Assembly (NCBI RefSeq): GCF_001194135.2
Contig: NC_068991.1
Coordinates: forward strand, 10,080,782-10,144,781
Direction of reading: 5' to 3'
Origin: Octopus bimaculoides
Taxonomy: Eukaryota
DNA length: 64,000 bases
Shown here: positions 25,934 through 38,818 of the stretch, one piece after another
Numbering within the stretch: position 1 is the stretch's first letter
How the letters are laid out: every line of letters begins with the position of its first letter
Translations under genes and position numbers: made by a program
Notes under the pieces: generated by a model
The model's database searches: none
The model's input: only the letters and a program-made list of their open reading frames with translations
Told to the model about the DNA's origin: nothing

Positions 25934-26404
25934 CATCATTATTATCAGTAATAAAAGAAAAGAAACCATCATTATAATTATTATTTTAAAAGATAGATTT
26001 TTGGAAATTTTTAAAAAATATATTTTTCCTTCAAATTTGTGTCATTTTCTGATTTTTCACTCTCTTCTTGCAAATTGTTTTCAAAAAATTTGTCGGAAAT
26101 TGCCAGCAGATTGTAAAAGATAAATGCTGGAAAATACTTCATCATATTTGTCAGTCAAATTGTTTACAAATCATTCAAGATCTAATTAACCATCTGCTAT
26201 GATGGAATTATGGGAGCAACGACAAATAAAGAGAATAAATTTCTCTTGGTCTTTCCTGCTCTCTCTCTCTCTCTCTCTCTCTCTTTCACCCTGTTAAATG
26301 TTAAATTTCTTTACACAATAATTAATTACACCTGCTGGCTCAGTCAGTTCCTGCAACTCTCTGGGATTGATCGATGGTCACCATGTTTTTTCCTCAGCCA
26401 TTTG

Positions 26405-26467
<63 letters not shown>

Positions 26468-26963
26468 ACTACATTGGATCTGGTGCTACTGGTTTCTAAT
26501 TCTATGCAACTGTCATTTGATAGAAACCATACTTTTACAGATATGAATTCTATCTTTTGATTCAATTCTTACTTTGGCAACGCTTTCTCTTTTTCTCCTT
26601 TTCCTACTCTCTCTTTTNNNNNNNNNNNNNNNNNNNNNNNNNNNNNNNNNNNNNNNNNNNNNNNNNNNNNNNNNNNNNNNNNNNNNNNNNNNNNNNNNNN
26701 NNNNNNNNNNNNNNNNNNNNNNNNNNNNNNNNNNNNNNNNNNNNNNNNNNNNNNNNNNNNNNNNNNNNAATTTTTCATAGAAATAATATATTCAAAATGA
26801 AACCAGTGAAAAATAATAAGAAAGTTTGTTTGATCTACACACCAAGAATGGTTAGAAAGGTGCTAAACATCTAAGGTTGTTGGCTGGAAATTGATATCTA
26901 GTAATCGAATACTGGTAAAACAACAACAGCAACAAATAATAATAATAATAATAATAATAATAA

Positions 26964-27335
26964 AGACTAGATCAGTAAATATAAAGACTTGATAATAGAA
27001 ATTGAAACAATGTGGCATCTCAAGGCGACAACCGTACCGGTGATTGTAGGATCTCTAGGAATGATAAAAAAAGGTACTGAAACCTATTTGAAAATGATAC
27101 CGGGCTTACCATCCCTACAGGAAGTGCTAAAAATCGTGTTAATTGGAACGACTCATGTACTGAGAAGAGCATTATCACTGTAAAAACAACATCCATTCAG
27201 GAATTTATTTATTTATTAATTTTTTTTAAATACATATTTTACCTGTGAATTTGCAGGTGTAAACTGGGAATGCATACAATGAGCTTCTCTGCTCTAAGTG
27301 CACGGAAAACACTCAACAAGAAATGGAAGAAAATT
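26964..27335 (+). mobile_element. 5'-truncated RLE-type (R4/Dong-like) LINE end directly after (AAT)n
   Basis: ISKYKDLIIEIETMWHLKATTVPVIVGSLGMIKKG...LQEVLKIVLIGTTHVLRRALSL* resembles the C-terminal restriction-like endonuclease region. The 3' end runs into a gap. Confidence 0.8.
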
Positions 27336-29091
27336 NNNNNNNNNNNNNNNNNNNNNNNNNNNNNNNNNNNNNNNNNNNNNNNNNNNNNNNNNNNNNNNNN
27401 NNNNNNNNNNNNNNNNNNNNNNNNNNNNNNNNNNNNNNNNNNNNNNNNNNNNNNNNNNNNNNNNNNNNNNNNNNNNNNNNNNNNNNNNNNNNNNNNNNNN
27501 NNNNNNNNNNNNNNNNNNNNNNNNNNNNNNNNNNNNNNNNNNNNNNNNNNNNNNNNNNNNNNNNNNNNNNNNNNNNNNNNNNNNNNNNNNNNNNNNNNNN
27601 NNNNNNNNNNNNNNNNNNNNNNNNNNNNNNNNNNNNNNNNNNNNNNNNNNNNNNNNNNNNNNNNNNNNNNNNNNNNNNNNNNNNNNNNNNNNNNNNNNNN
27701 NNNNNNNNNNNNNNNNNNNNNNCCTGTACCCATAACGTAGTTCTCGGGGATATTCAGCGTGACACAGTGTGACAAGGCTGACCCTTTGAAATACAGGTAC
27801 AACAGAAACAGGAAGTAAGAGTGAGAGAAAGTTGTGGTGAAAGAGTACAGCAGGGTTCGCCACCACCCCCTGCCGGAGCCTCATGGAGCTTTAGGTGTTT
27901 TTGCTCAATAAACACTCACAACGCCCGGTCTGGGAATCGAAACCGTGATCCTATGACCGCGAGTCCGCTGCCCTAACCACTGGGCCACTGCGCCTCCACT
28001 TTTTTTACATATCATAGAGCAAATGTCTTCTTTGATAATCCCTGATTCTTTGAAAAATGGTATAATACTGAACATATTGATTATATCAGAAAACATTAAT
28101 TAATAAAGAAAGCTATAAAACAAGTTACAGACAACATAAAAGGGCTAAGATCCAAACAAAGTAAAGAAGGTTATGGAAATGGTTTATTAATGCAAAAGTG
28201 AAATGAAAATATCTGATGTTGAATATTAGCAGCACAGTAGCAAAGTTAAAAACAAAAACAAAAAAGAAAGAAAGACAAAATACTAATAAATTTTTAATGA
28301 TAATTATTTCTGCCATTTTCCTTATCTTTTATATCTTCTATCTTTTATTCGCTTGAAGTCATTGGACTGTGGCCAAGCTGGGACACTGCCCTTGAAGGAT
28401 TTTCAGTAAACAAATCCATCTCAATACTTTATTCTTTTACTCGTCTTAGTCATTTGACTGCAGTCATGCTGGAGCACTGCCTTGGGGGGTTTTAGTCAAA
28501 CGAATCGACTCCAGGACTTGGTTTTTAAGCCTAGTACTTATTCAATTCTTCTCATTTTGCTGAACTGCTAAGTTATGGGGATGTAAACACACCAACACCA
28601 GTTGTCAAGCAGTTATGGCGGGAACAAAACACGGACACAAAGTCACACACACACACACAGATACATACATATAGATATATACGATGAGCTTCTTTCAGCT
28701 TTCTTCTACCAAATCCACTCATGAAGCTTTGGTTGGCCCAAGGCTATAGTAGGTGTCACACAGTGGGACTGAACCCACGACCAGGTGGTTGGGAAGCAAG
28801 CTTTTTACCACACAGTCACACCTGTGCCTATTCTTTTATTCATTTACTTGTTTCAGTCATTTGACTGCAGCCATGCTGGAGCACTGCCTTTAGACAAACA
28901 AATCGACCCCAGGACTTATTATTTGTAAACCTAGTACTTATTCTATCAGTCTCTTTTGCTGAACCGCTAAGTTACGGGGATGTAAACACACCAACTTCAG
29001 TTGTCAAATGATGGTGGGGAGACAAACACAAACACACAAATACATACATACATACACACACATATATATACATACACACACACATATATAT

Positions 29092-29962
29092 NNNNNNNNN
29101 NNNNNNNNNNNNNNNNNNNNNNNNNNNNNNNNNNNNNNNNNNNNNNNNNNNNNNNNNNNNNNNNNNNNNNNNNNNNNNNNNNNNNNNNNNNNNNNNNNNN
29201 NNNNNNNNNNNNNNNNNNNNNNNNNNNNNNNNNNNNNNNNNNNNNNNNNNNNNNNNNNNNNNNNNNNNNNNNNNNNNNNNNNNNNNNNNNNNNNNNNNNN
29301 NNNNNNNNNNNNNNNNNNNNNNNNNNNNNNNNNNNNNNNNNNNNNNNNNNNNNNNNNNNNNNNNNNNNNNNNNNNNNNNNNNNNNNNNNNNNNNNNNNNN
29401 NNNNNNNNNNNNNNNNNNNNNNNNNNNNNNNNNNNNNNNNNNNNNNNNNNNNNNNNNNNNNNNNNNNNNNNNNNNNNNNNNNNNNNNNNNNNNNNNNNNN
29501 NNNNNNNNNNNNNNNNNNNNNNNNNNNNNNNNNNNNNNNNNNNNNNNNNNNNNNNNNNNNNNNNNNNNNNNNNNNNNNNNNNNNNNNNNNNNNNNNNNNN
29601 NNNNNNNNNNNNNNNNNNNNNNNNNNNNNNNNNNNNNNNNNNNNNNNNNNNNNNNNNNNNNNNNNNNNNNNNNNNNNNNNNNNNNNNNNNNNNNNNNNNN
29701 NNNNNNNNNNNNNNNNNNNNNNNNNNNNNNNNNNNNNNNNNNNNNNNNNNNNNNNNNNNNNNNNNNNNNNNNNNNNNNNNNNNNNNNNNNNNNNNNNNNN
29801 NNNNNNNNNNNNNNNNNNNNNNNNNNNNNNNNNNNNNNNNNNNNNNNNNNNNNNNNNNNNNNNNNNNNNNNNNNNNNNNNNNNNNNNNNNNNNNNNNNNN
29901 NNNNNNNNNNNNNNNNNNNNNNNNNNNNNNNNNNNNNNNNNNNNNNNNNNNNNNNNNNNNNC
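29092..29962 (-). CDS. DNAH12: Inferred missing dynein exon(s) inside the 870-N gap; only the acceptor and first base are sequenced
   Basis: The minus strand reads ccttttggtatttcttttcttctctcag|G|NNN at 29964-29962. About 64 conserved residues (PELEEE...EGNILEDE...KQ, recalled) are missing between exons 31946 and 24706 and were not found elsewhere in the interval. Exon end is unknown. Confidence 0.7.
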
Positions 29963-30419
29963 CTGAGAGAAGAAAAGAAATACCAAAAGGAAAATGTAAG
30001 TCTTTTAATTCTTTTACTGTTTTTCAGCTACTGAAGGATATCGAGCCATAAAAACCATACCAAAACAGACCTTGCCAGTGCTGGTGCCATGTGAAATGCA
30101 TCCAGTCCATTCTGTAAAGTGGTTGGCCCTAGGAAGGGCATTCAGCCATAAAAACAATACTAAAACAGACCTCACTGATGCTGGTGCCACGTAAGAAGCA
30201 TCCAGTTCATTCTGTAATATTAGGAAGGGCATTCAGCCATAAAATCCATGCCAAAACAGACAGTGGAACTTGGTGCAGTCCTCTGACTTGCCAGCTCCTG
30301 TCAAACCATTCCACCCATGGAGGACACATGTTAAATGATGATGACGATGATGGTGATTATGCTGGGGCACAGCCATAAGGAATTTATTGTGGGTCATATT
30401 GAACCCAGGGGCTACAATA

Positions 30420-30636
30420 CGTAGGGGTGCTGAAAAGTTCTTGGCTTTAGATAAAAGAAAATACAGGAGAATTAGTTAATTATAATTTTATTCAACATAT
30501 TCCCCTCCCAAATTCACACACTTATTGCAGTGGTCCTTCAGTTTTTCTAAACTCTGTAAAAGAACTCAGAAGCTTGTGCCTCCGACCAGGCTTTTTGTAG
30601 TATTCTTAAAGACAGAAATTTTTCAGTAACGTCTCA
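30420..30636. mobile_element. Mariner-derived MITE, 217 bp, TA-flanked (copy 1)
   Basis: TA-cgtaggggtgctgaaaagttcttggcttt ... aatttttcagtaacgtctca-TA. Homologous to, and the same length as, the copy at 33218-33434. Confidence 0.8.
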
Positions 30637-30832
30637 TAGAAGATACTTGCTCAAGGTACCACAGTGGTGTTGAATCTAAAAGTATATGGTTTCTAATTTA
30701 GGTACAAAGACAATAATTCAGAATGGGGAGAGGGTTAGCCGATATCATTAAACTCAGTATTTGGCTGCTAATTTATCTTATCAACCCTTAAGGGATGAAA
30801 TATAAAGCTGACCTCCCAGCAGGATTTTAACC

Positions 30833-30875
<43 letters not shown>

Positions 30876-31945
30876 CTAGCTAGATAGATAGATAGACAGA
30901 TAGAGAGAGAAAGGCAGGGAGGAATGTCAATGCATTTAAGAGTTGTATATAACAGGTCCATAAATTGAAGAAAACATTGAAACTGAAAAATATACCATCG
31001 AAATATGTGAAATTGTATTTCAGTGAAGAGAATATTACACAAGTTTAGATCTGTGATGTCATTTCATTTCTATTCAAAATAATACAAATGGAAGAACAGA
31101 CATTAAATGAAGATGATGATGATGATGATGATGACGACAATGACAATGATGATAATAATAATAATAATAATAATAATAGTAATATGATAATAAAAATATA
31201 AAAATATGATAAAATAGAATATTAGTGAATAGCACTGTATGTGCACATTATACTAGCAGTACCCATGGAAATACCAGTTATTTTGAAAACTGCAAAACCA
31301 TTAGAAGTTTCTAGAAAATCATGAAATGTATATTTACACCCACACACATGCACACACATACATTTACATACATATACACAGACTGACAAACATGCCTATA
31401 TACAGTTATACAGACGTTCTTAGCATTTTATTACATGCAGTGAACTAATACTTTCAACTAATGATACCATTATTTTATATATCAAAAACTACTTCAAACA
31501 AATGCAGAAAATGTGTGAGAGAGGGGAAGAGAGAGAAAGAGAGAGATAAGAATGAGTGTGTGAGCAAGAAAGGATTCAGTGATGTCACAGACTTTGCTAT
31601 GTATTCATATATCATCCTTTTCCCTTCCACTTCCAGCCTCCTACCTTTCAACCTCCCATCTTTTCACTTTCTGATCTTTCTCTTGCATGTTTACTTTAAC
31701 TCCCACTCTAACTCAGTCTCTCACTTTCTTTTTCTATTATGACACTGAGCAAGCTTTATCTCTCTTTTCACTCTTATTCTGATGTTTCACTATAAACATC
31801 ATCTCCACCACAATTTATCATTATCATTTCTTATTCTTATTTTCAATTTTACACTGTGTGTGTGTGTGTGTGCATGTGTCTCTAAATGCTTCAAATATGT
31901 ATAAAGAGTTAATGTCGAAAACAAAACTGAGAGAGTAAATCTTAC

Positions 31946-32138
31946 TGTTCTTTGGCTACAACTATTTCCAACAGTTGATCTTCAAGACCTTCTGGTGTTA
32001 TCATGAAGTTTAGCAGTGAGACTTTGGTAGCTATTTCTGGCAGGTAGTGAGGGTTCCTTAGTTTAGTTGTGATGTAGAATTGGAAATCCATGCTATACTC
32101 AATATTGTTTTCTCCAAGACGTATCATTCGGACACCAG
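31946..32138 (-). CDS. DNAH12: Dynein exon, AAA5: (A)GVRMIRLGENNIEYSMDFQFYITTKLRNPHYLPEIATKVSLLNFMITPEGLEDQLLEIVVAKE+CA
   Basis: 193 nt (2 + 63 codons + 2). Acceptor ttttctgttatag, donor CA|gtaag. Contains YITTKLRNPHY.PE and NFMIT.EGL.DQLL. Confidence 0.95.
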
Positions 32139-33217
32139 CTATAACAGAAAAAAAAAGACACCCCAAAAAATCAGTATTGGATATATATCGGTACTCTATC
32201 GGTTATGATGACAAGGGTTCTAGCCAAATTTTCCAGAACTCTAATAATGTACTTTGTATCATCATCATCATCATTTAATGTCCACTTTTCCATACTCAGA
32301 CAGAGTTTTTTGAGGCAGATTTTCAAATGCTGGATATATGATGGGCTTCTTTCAGTTTCCATCTACCAAACCCACTCACAAGGGTTTGGTCGGTCTGAGG
32401 CTGTAGTAGAAGACACTTGCCCAAGGTGCCACGCAGTGGGACTTAACCCGGAACCATGTGGTTTGCAAGCAAGCTGCTTACCACACAGCCACCCCTGAAG
32501 AAATTTATATATCTGTAGACACATAATGCCTGAAACACAAAATTAAAATGATAAGATTTCTCGCTTTCTTTCTTTATCAATCTGTCTGTATTTCTTGGAC
32601 AATGAATACGAGTGTTGACATTATTCATGAATTGTCACTATTTCATGAATGGCTGAAAATTACTTTCTTCTATTGATACAATAACTGACAATATGAAAAC
32701 CCTTCATTCTCTTAAGCGAATGCAGTGTCTCTCCTGCATAGAGCTATCAAAATCCATGCCAGTGGACACATTGCTTTGCTTTTATGTATATTGACAATGT
32801 TGTCTCAGTATTGCACCTGCTTGCATAATATGCATTGTTATATCAACCAGTTGTCAACCATTCATAATGATTGTAACGAGATGAACTAATTACATAATGT
32901 AAATTGAATATGCAACTTTTCAGATAAATACATTTCTTATGCCAGCTATTGTCTGTCCGTCCGTCTTTCTACTTCTATAACTCTTTGATTCTGATTGTTC
33001 TTCTAGCTGACTTTCCAACCCCTGCACTACCTTTTGTTGATAAAGATGTTAAGCTTGCTTCCCAACCACATGGTTCTGGTTTCAGTTCCACTGCGTGGCA
33101 CCTTGGGCAAGTGTCTTCTACTATATCCTTGGGCTGACCAAAGCCTTGTGAGAGGATTTGGAAGACAGAAACTGAAAAGAATCCCATCATATATATATAT
33201 AAATATATATATATATA

Positions 33218-33434
33218 TGATGGGGTGCTGAAAAGTTCTTGGCTTTGGGTAAAGGGAAAAACAGGAGGATCAGTTAATTATGATTTTATTGAACTTATTC
33301 CCCTCTCAGATTCACACATTTATTGCCGCGGCCCTTCAGTTTTTCTAACCACTGCAAAAGAACTAGGAAGGTTCGGTTTCCAATCAGGCCTTTCACAATG
33401 CACTTAAGGTCAAGAACTTTTCAACACCCCCTTG
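33218..33434. mobile_element. Mariner-derived MITE, 217 bp, TA-flanked (copy 2)
   Basis: Terminal inverted repeats ggggtgctgaaaagttcttggctt / aaggtcaagaacttttcaacacccc, with TA at both ends. Confidence 0.85.
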
Positions 33435-34639
33435 TATGTGTGCGTGCGTCTTTGTGTCTACTCATCTAATAAAGAACCACACAATGACACACACGCGCAC
33501 ACACCATGGGCTTCTTTCAGTTTCCATCTACCAAAACCACCCATAAAGCTCTAATTGGCCTGAAGCTATAGTAGAAGACACTGTTCCCAGGGTGCCATCC
33601 AGTGGGACTGAACCCAGAACCTTGTGGTTTAGAAGAAACATTTTTAACACAGTCATGCATGTATATACAATCATACCATTTCGAGTATGGACGTTGCCAG
33701 TACTGCGTGACTGGCCCTCCTGCCGGTGGCACGTAAAACCACCCACTACACTCTCGGAGTGGTTGGCATTAGGAAGGGCATCCAGCTATAGAAACTCTGC
33801 CAAATCAGATTGGGGCCTGGTGCAGCTATCTGGTTCACCGGTCCTCAGTCAAACTGTCCAACCCATGCTAGCATGGAAAGCAGACATTCAACGATGATGA
33901 TGATGATGATGATGATACACACATACATACATATACACACATATGCATGCACACACATACACACACTCACACAGAAACAGATGAGGTTTGGCAACAGGAA
34001 GAGTATCTGGCTGTAAAAACTAGCTTCATTTGATTCAGCCAAGCTTGCAAAAGTAGTCATTAAAATGAAACAAAGCACACACGCACACACATGCATGCAC
34101 ACATAGACACATAAAACTATAAAATGCATGCATATACACACACATACATATGCAAATACACACATTGTTACCATAAAATCTTTAAGCAATTCTAAAATTC
34201 GCATAATTTTAGTGCTATATGGGATATAAAATTTATCCACAAGAAAGATAAGTGAAAGAATATATTATATTCTTAAATAGATTTGTTCATGAGAATGCTA
34301 ATTTACAACATGGCTACTGCCATTATGGCACACACAAAGCATTCTGAAGTTCTAGAAATACATTTTGCAGCTGTTTTCTTTTTCATTATACCCTAAGTCA
34401 CATTAGTTATCTTGGCCCACAAGCCATATGGAATGAAATTTAGTCGAATTAACAAAAGACTTTACATCTCACCATAAAATGAAGTTATAGATATTATTCT
34501 ATTTTTTTTTTCAATTAATAAGCAATTATAATTATTAATTCTATTATTATTTCTTCTTTTTTTTTTTTGACATAGGACAATAAAATGAATGAATCAAGCT
34601 TTTGAATGATTTTTTTTTCATAGATTAATTGTTTCCTTT

Positions 34640-34840
34640 TATTCGTTTCAGTCATTTGACTGTGGCCATGCTGGAGCACCGCCTTAAACGGGTTTAGTTG
34701 AAGAAATCGACCCCAGGACTTATTTTTTGTAAGCCTAATACTTATTCTATTGGTCTCTTTTGGTGAACAGCTAAATTACGGGGACATAAACACACCAGCA
34801 TCAGTTGTCAAGTGATGATGAGGAGACAAACACAGATACA
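34640..34840 (+). mobile_element. Interspersed repeat family D (representative copy; class not determined)
   Basis: ttttattcgtttcagtcatttgactgtggccatgctggagcaccgcc...atcgaccccaggacttatt...gctaa.ttacggggac.taaacacaccagcatc.gttgtcaag. Other approximate copies: 12615-12810, 16750-16940, 28340-28650, 28830-29030, 35130-35340(-), 39150-39350, 49940-50070. Confidence 0.8.
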
Positions 34841-34905
34841 CACACACATAAATACATACATACATATAATATATATNNNNNNNNNNNNNNNNNNNNNNNN
34901 NNNNN

Positions 34906-35066
34906 GGTGTAGGAGTGGCTGTGTGGTAAGTAGCTTGCTTCCCAACCACATGGTTCTGGGTTCAGTCCTATTGCGTGGCACCTTGGGCAAGTGTCTTCTA
35001 CTATAGCTTTGGGCTGACCAAAGCCTTGTGAATGGATGTGGCAGATGGAAACTGAAAGAAGACTGT

Positions 35067-35070
<4 letters not shown>
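34906..35070 (+). mobile_element. tRNA-derived SINE family B (representative copy)
   Basis: ggtgtaggagtggctgtgtggtaagtagcttgcttcccaaccacatggttctgggttcagtcc...ggcaccttgggcaagtgtcttctactatagc...ggaaactgaaagaag. Other approximate copies: 2505-2645, 12830-12975, 14650-14810, 24830-24995, 28680-28825, 32340-32495, 33050-33190, 33505-33650, 38965-39120, 50320-50465, 58055-58200. Confidence 0.85.
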
Positions 35071-35115
<45 letters not shown>

Positions 35116-36245
35116 GCATGTTTGTGTGTGTGTGTATGTTTATGTGTCTGTCCCCACCCAACATCGCTTGACAACCGATGCTGGTGTGTTTACATCCCCG
35201 TAACTTAGCGGTTTGGCAAAAGAGACCTCATAGAATAAGTACTAGGCTTACAAAGAATAAGTTCTGGGGTCGATTTGCTCGACTGAAGGTGGTGCTCTAG
35301 CATGGCCGCAGTCAAATGACTGAAACAAGTAAAAGAATAAGGTTTGTTTAAGGATGTTGAATGAAACGTCCATGTTTCCAGAGGTGAATTATTCTTTTCT
35401 ACTCTCGGCACAAGGCCTGAAATTTTGGGGGACGGGACCAGTCAATTAGATCAACCTCAGTAAACAACCGGTACTTAATTTATCGACCCCAAAAGGACAA
35501 AAGGCAAAGTCGACCTTGGTAGAATTTGAACTCAGAATGTAAAGACAGATGAAATACCGAGAAGCGTTTTGCCTGGCATGCTAACGATTTTGCCAGCTCA
35601 CCGCCTTCCCAGAGGTGAATTATTGAAATTCCAAAGAATTCCTCTCGACACATGGCTATGATGCTCCCCAACTACTTCTACTCGTGATCAGAGATATGCA
35701 TATCAGCAGCCACTAAGGGACATGCTCAACTGATTAAGGTCAAACAAGTGACAAGCAAATCTGTGGTATTGAGCAGAATATTTTCTGTAACCCATCTTTT
35801 ATACCAAAACAAAACAATGTACATGGTAACACTTTCTATTAGTTAAGATCAGAAGCCATGAGAGCCACTGCCTGGTATTGCATCAAGGCATAATTATTAT
35901 TATTATTATTAAGGCGATGAGCTAGCAGAATCGGTAGCAGACTAGGCAAAATGCTTAGTGGCATTTCATGCGTTTTTACATTCTGAGTTCAAATTCTACC
36001 AAGGTTGATTTTGCCTTTCATCCTTCAAGGTTGACAAAATAAGTATCAGTTGAGTACTGGGGTCAATGTAATCAAAACCCCACCAAGTTGTTGGCCTTGT
36101 GCCCAAATTTTGAAATCATCAGTATTATTATTATTATTATCATTCATTCAAAACACAGGGTAGGTAAAAATGCACCAGAGTCTTTAATCATCTGTCAAGT
36201 CACAACAAGGACCTCAGACAGATAATACTTTCCTTAAGATGTGCG

Positions 36246-36276
<31 letters not shown>

Positions 36277-36284
36277 TTATTATT

Positions 36285-36660
36285 TATTGTTTTTGCACAG
36301 CTTTTAACACTGGAGATGAACTACAGTGTCAGCTGTTCACTACCAGTGAAATAAGGTAAAACTCCTTGTTGTTCAAGTACTATCCAGAGTATTTGAACGG
36401 TTCCAAGCTGTTTTCTGCAAGTGCTCCGCCCTTATTGCAGCCCCTATTTGTTCCATGTACTTCTCGAGATTTTTACTCACTGTTCCCGGGGCTCTGACAA
36501 TTATTGGTACTACTGCCACCTTTTCCATTGACCACAACTGCTTAACCTCCCAAGCTAACCTGTCATATCTATCGACTTTTCTTTCTTCCTTATCGCATAC
36601 CTTGTTGTCAGCTGGGCATGCTATATCTATGATCGAGAAAGAAAGCAAACGATGCTGGAT
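36285..36660 (-). mobile_element. 5'-truncated RLE-type LINE end flanked by (AAT)n on both sides
   Basis: IIDIACPADNKVCDKEERKVDRYDRLAWEVKQLWSMEKVAVVPIIVRAPGTVSKNLEKYMEQIGAAIRAEHLQKTA. Its 3' UTR is homologous to 55279-55448. Confidence 0.85.
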
Positions 36661-36857
36661 TATTATTATTACTATTATTATTATTATATTACTATTATTA
36701 TTATCATCATTATTATTTTGTAGCAGACAATAAAATGGATGCATGAAGCTTCTAAGGCTTCCGAATGATTTTTATAGAATAATTCCATCATAAATAGAAT
36801 TTGAGTTATAAAAATTTTTAATTGCTCAAGGATTTGTAATGACCCTCTATGTATGTA

Positions 36858-36892
<35 letters not shown>

Positions 36893-36973
36893 ATGTATGT
36901 ATGTATGTATGGATATGTATGGATATGTATGTATGCATCTATGAATGTATGTGCGTGCAAATGCATGTGCGTT

Positions 36974-37071
<98 letters not shown>

Positions 37072-37411
37072 AATACACACATGTACATATTTACTGGATA
37101 TAGTCTCTGGTTATCAATATCTTCTTCCTGTCTGTCACTCCATGTGTGCGAAACTATCATTGATTATTGAAACTCAACACCTTTAGTCTAAACATTCAAT
37201 TATAAATATGAATATGTGAGCAGCCTTGCGTGTGTGTTTGAATGTATGTGCATGTGTGTGTGCATGTGTGTGTGTATGCATATATGTATGCGTGTATGGA
37301 CAGAGTAATTCTGAAATATCTTCCCTGATATCCACAAAGTAATTACTTTACATGAATACTGCCGCCAGCAAGAATGTCAGATATAGTAAATATCTTTTGT
37401 TACTAAGTATA

Positions 37412-37455
<44 letters not shown>

Positions 37456-38149
37456 NNNNNNNNNNNNNNNNNNNNNNNNNNNNNNNNNNNNNNNNNNNNN
37501 NNNNNNNNNNNNNNNNNNNNNNNNNNNNNNNNNNNNNNNNNNNNNNNNNNNNNNNNNNNNNNNNNNNNNNNNNNNNNNNNNNNNNNNNNNNNNNNNNNNN
37601 NNNNNNNNNNNNNNNNNNNNNNNNNNNNNNNNNNNNNNNNNNNNNNNNNNNNNNNNNNNNNNNNNNNNNNNNNNNNNNNNNNNNNNNNNNNNNNNNNNNN
37701 NNNNNNNNNNNNNNNNNNNNNNNNNNNNNNNNNNNNNNNNNNNNNNNNNNNNNNNNNNNNNNNNNNNNNNNNNNNNNNNNNNNNNNNNNNNNNNNNNNNN
37801 NNNNNNNNNNNNNNNNNNNNNNNNNNNNNNNNNNNNNNNNNNNNNNNNNNNNNNNNNNNNNNNNNNNNNNNNNNNNNNNNNNNNNNNNNNNNNNNNNNNN
37901 NNNNNNNNNNNNNNNNNNNNNNNNNNNNNNNNNNNNNNNNNNNNNNNNNNNNNNNNNNNNNNNNNNNNNNNNNNNNNNNNNNNNNNNNNNNNNNNNNNNN
38001 NNNNNNNNNNNNNNNNNNNNNNNNNNNNNNNNNNNNNNNNNNNNNNNNNNNNNNNNNNNNNNNNNNNNNNNNNNNNNNNNNNNNNNNNNNNNNNNNNNNN
38101 NNNNNNNNNNNNNNNNNNNNNNNNNNNNNNNNNNNNNNNNNNNNNNNNN

Positions 38150-38222
<73 letters not shown>

Positions 38223-38289
38223 ATATATACATATATATGTGTGTATTTATATGTATATCTACACAGATGTATGTACATGTACATACACA

Positions 38290-38335
<46 letters not shown>

Positions 38336-38774
38336 TACATATATGCATGTGTATGTATGCTATGCATATTTATGCATGCATGTATTTTAAGTGTAAATAT
38401 GGCTTGCGATGCTGATTTTTAAAAAATTCATACTGTGCATATCTATTAGTAATATATATTAATGTGCCTTCAGATTTGTAATTTTGCAGACTTCAAATCC
38501 AGCCTAAATGTCTTCGGTTGCGAGTGCTGAATAGTAAGAAGGCAGCATCGTCCAGCTGTAAAACCATTGTTCTAATACATACGCATACTCATGTGTGTGT
38601 ATATATATCTGTGTGCACGTGTGTATGTGCACGTGTGTGTGTGTGTGTATGTGTGTGTGTGTGTGTGTCTCCAGGCAGGGCCAAAACAGATTTACACTAT
38701 TACAGGGTGAATGTCCAGTTAGGCTGAATATCTAAACAACTGTGCCCAATCACCCATTCCACCAGCAGAAGGGG

Positions 38775-38818
<44 letters not shown>

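Noticed and set aside
26090-26150. LLQSAGNFRQ resembling dynein LILQSAANKKQ of the missing exon
   Set aside because: A stop follows within three codons, there are no splice sites, and the flanking residues do not match.
28997-30051. Long ORFs of 300+ aa (also 37348-38422, 8720-9540, 16882-17551, 44720-45307)
   Set aside because: They are open only because they run through N gaps and (TA)n or (CA)n repeats.
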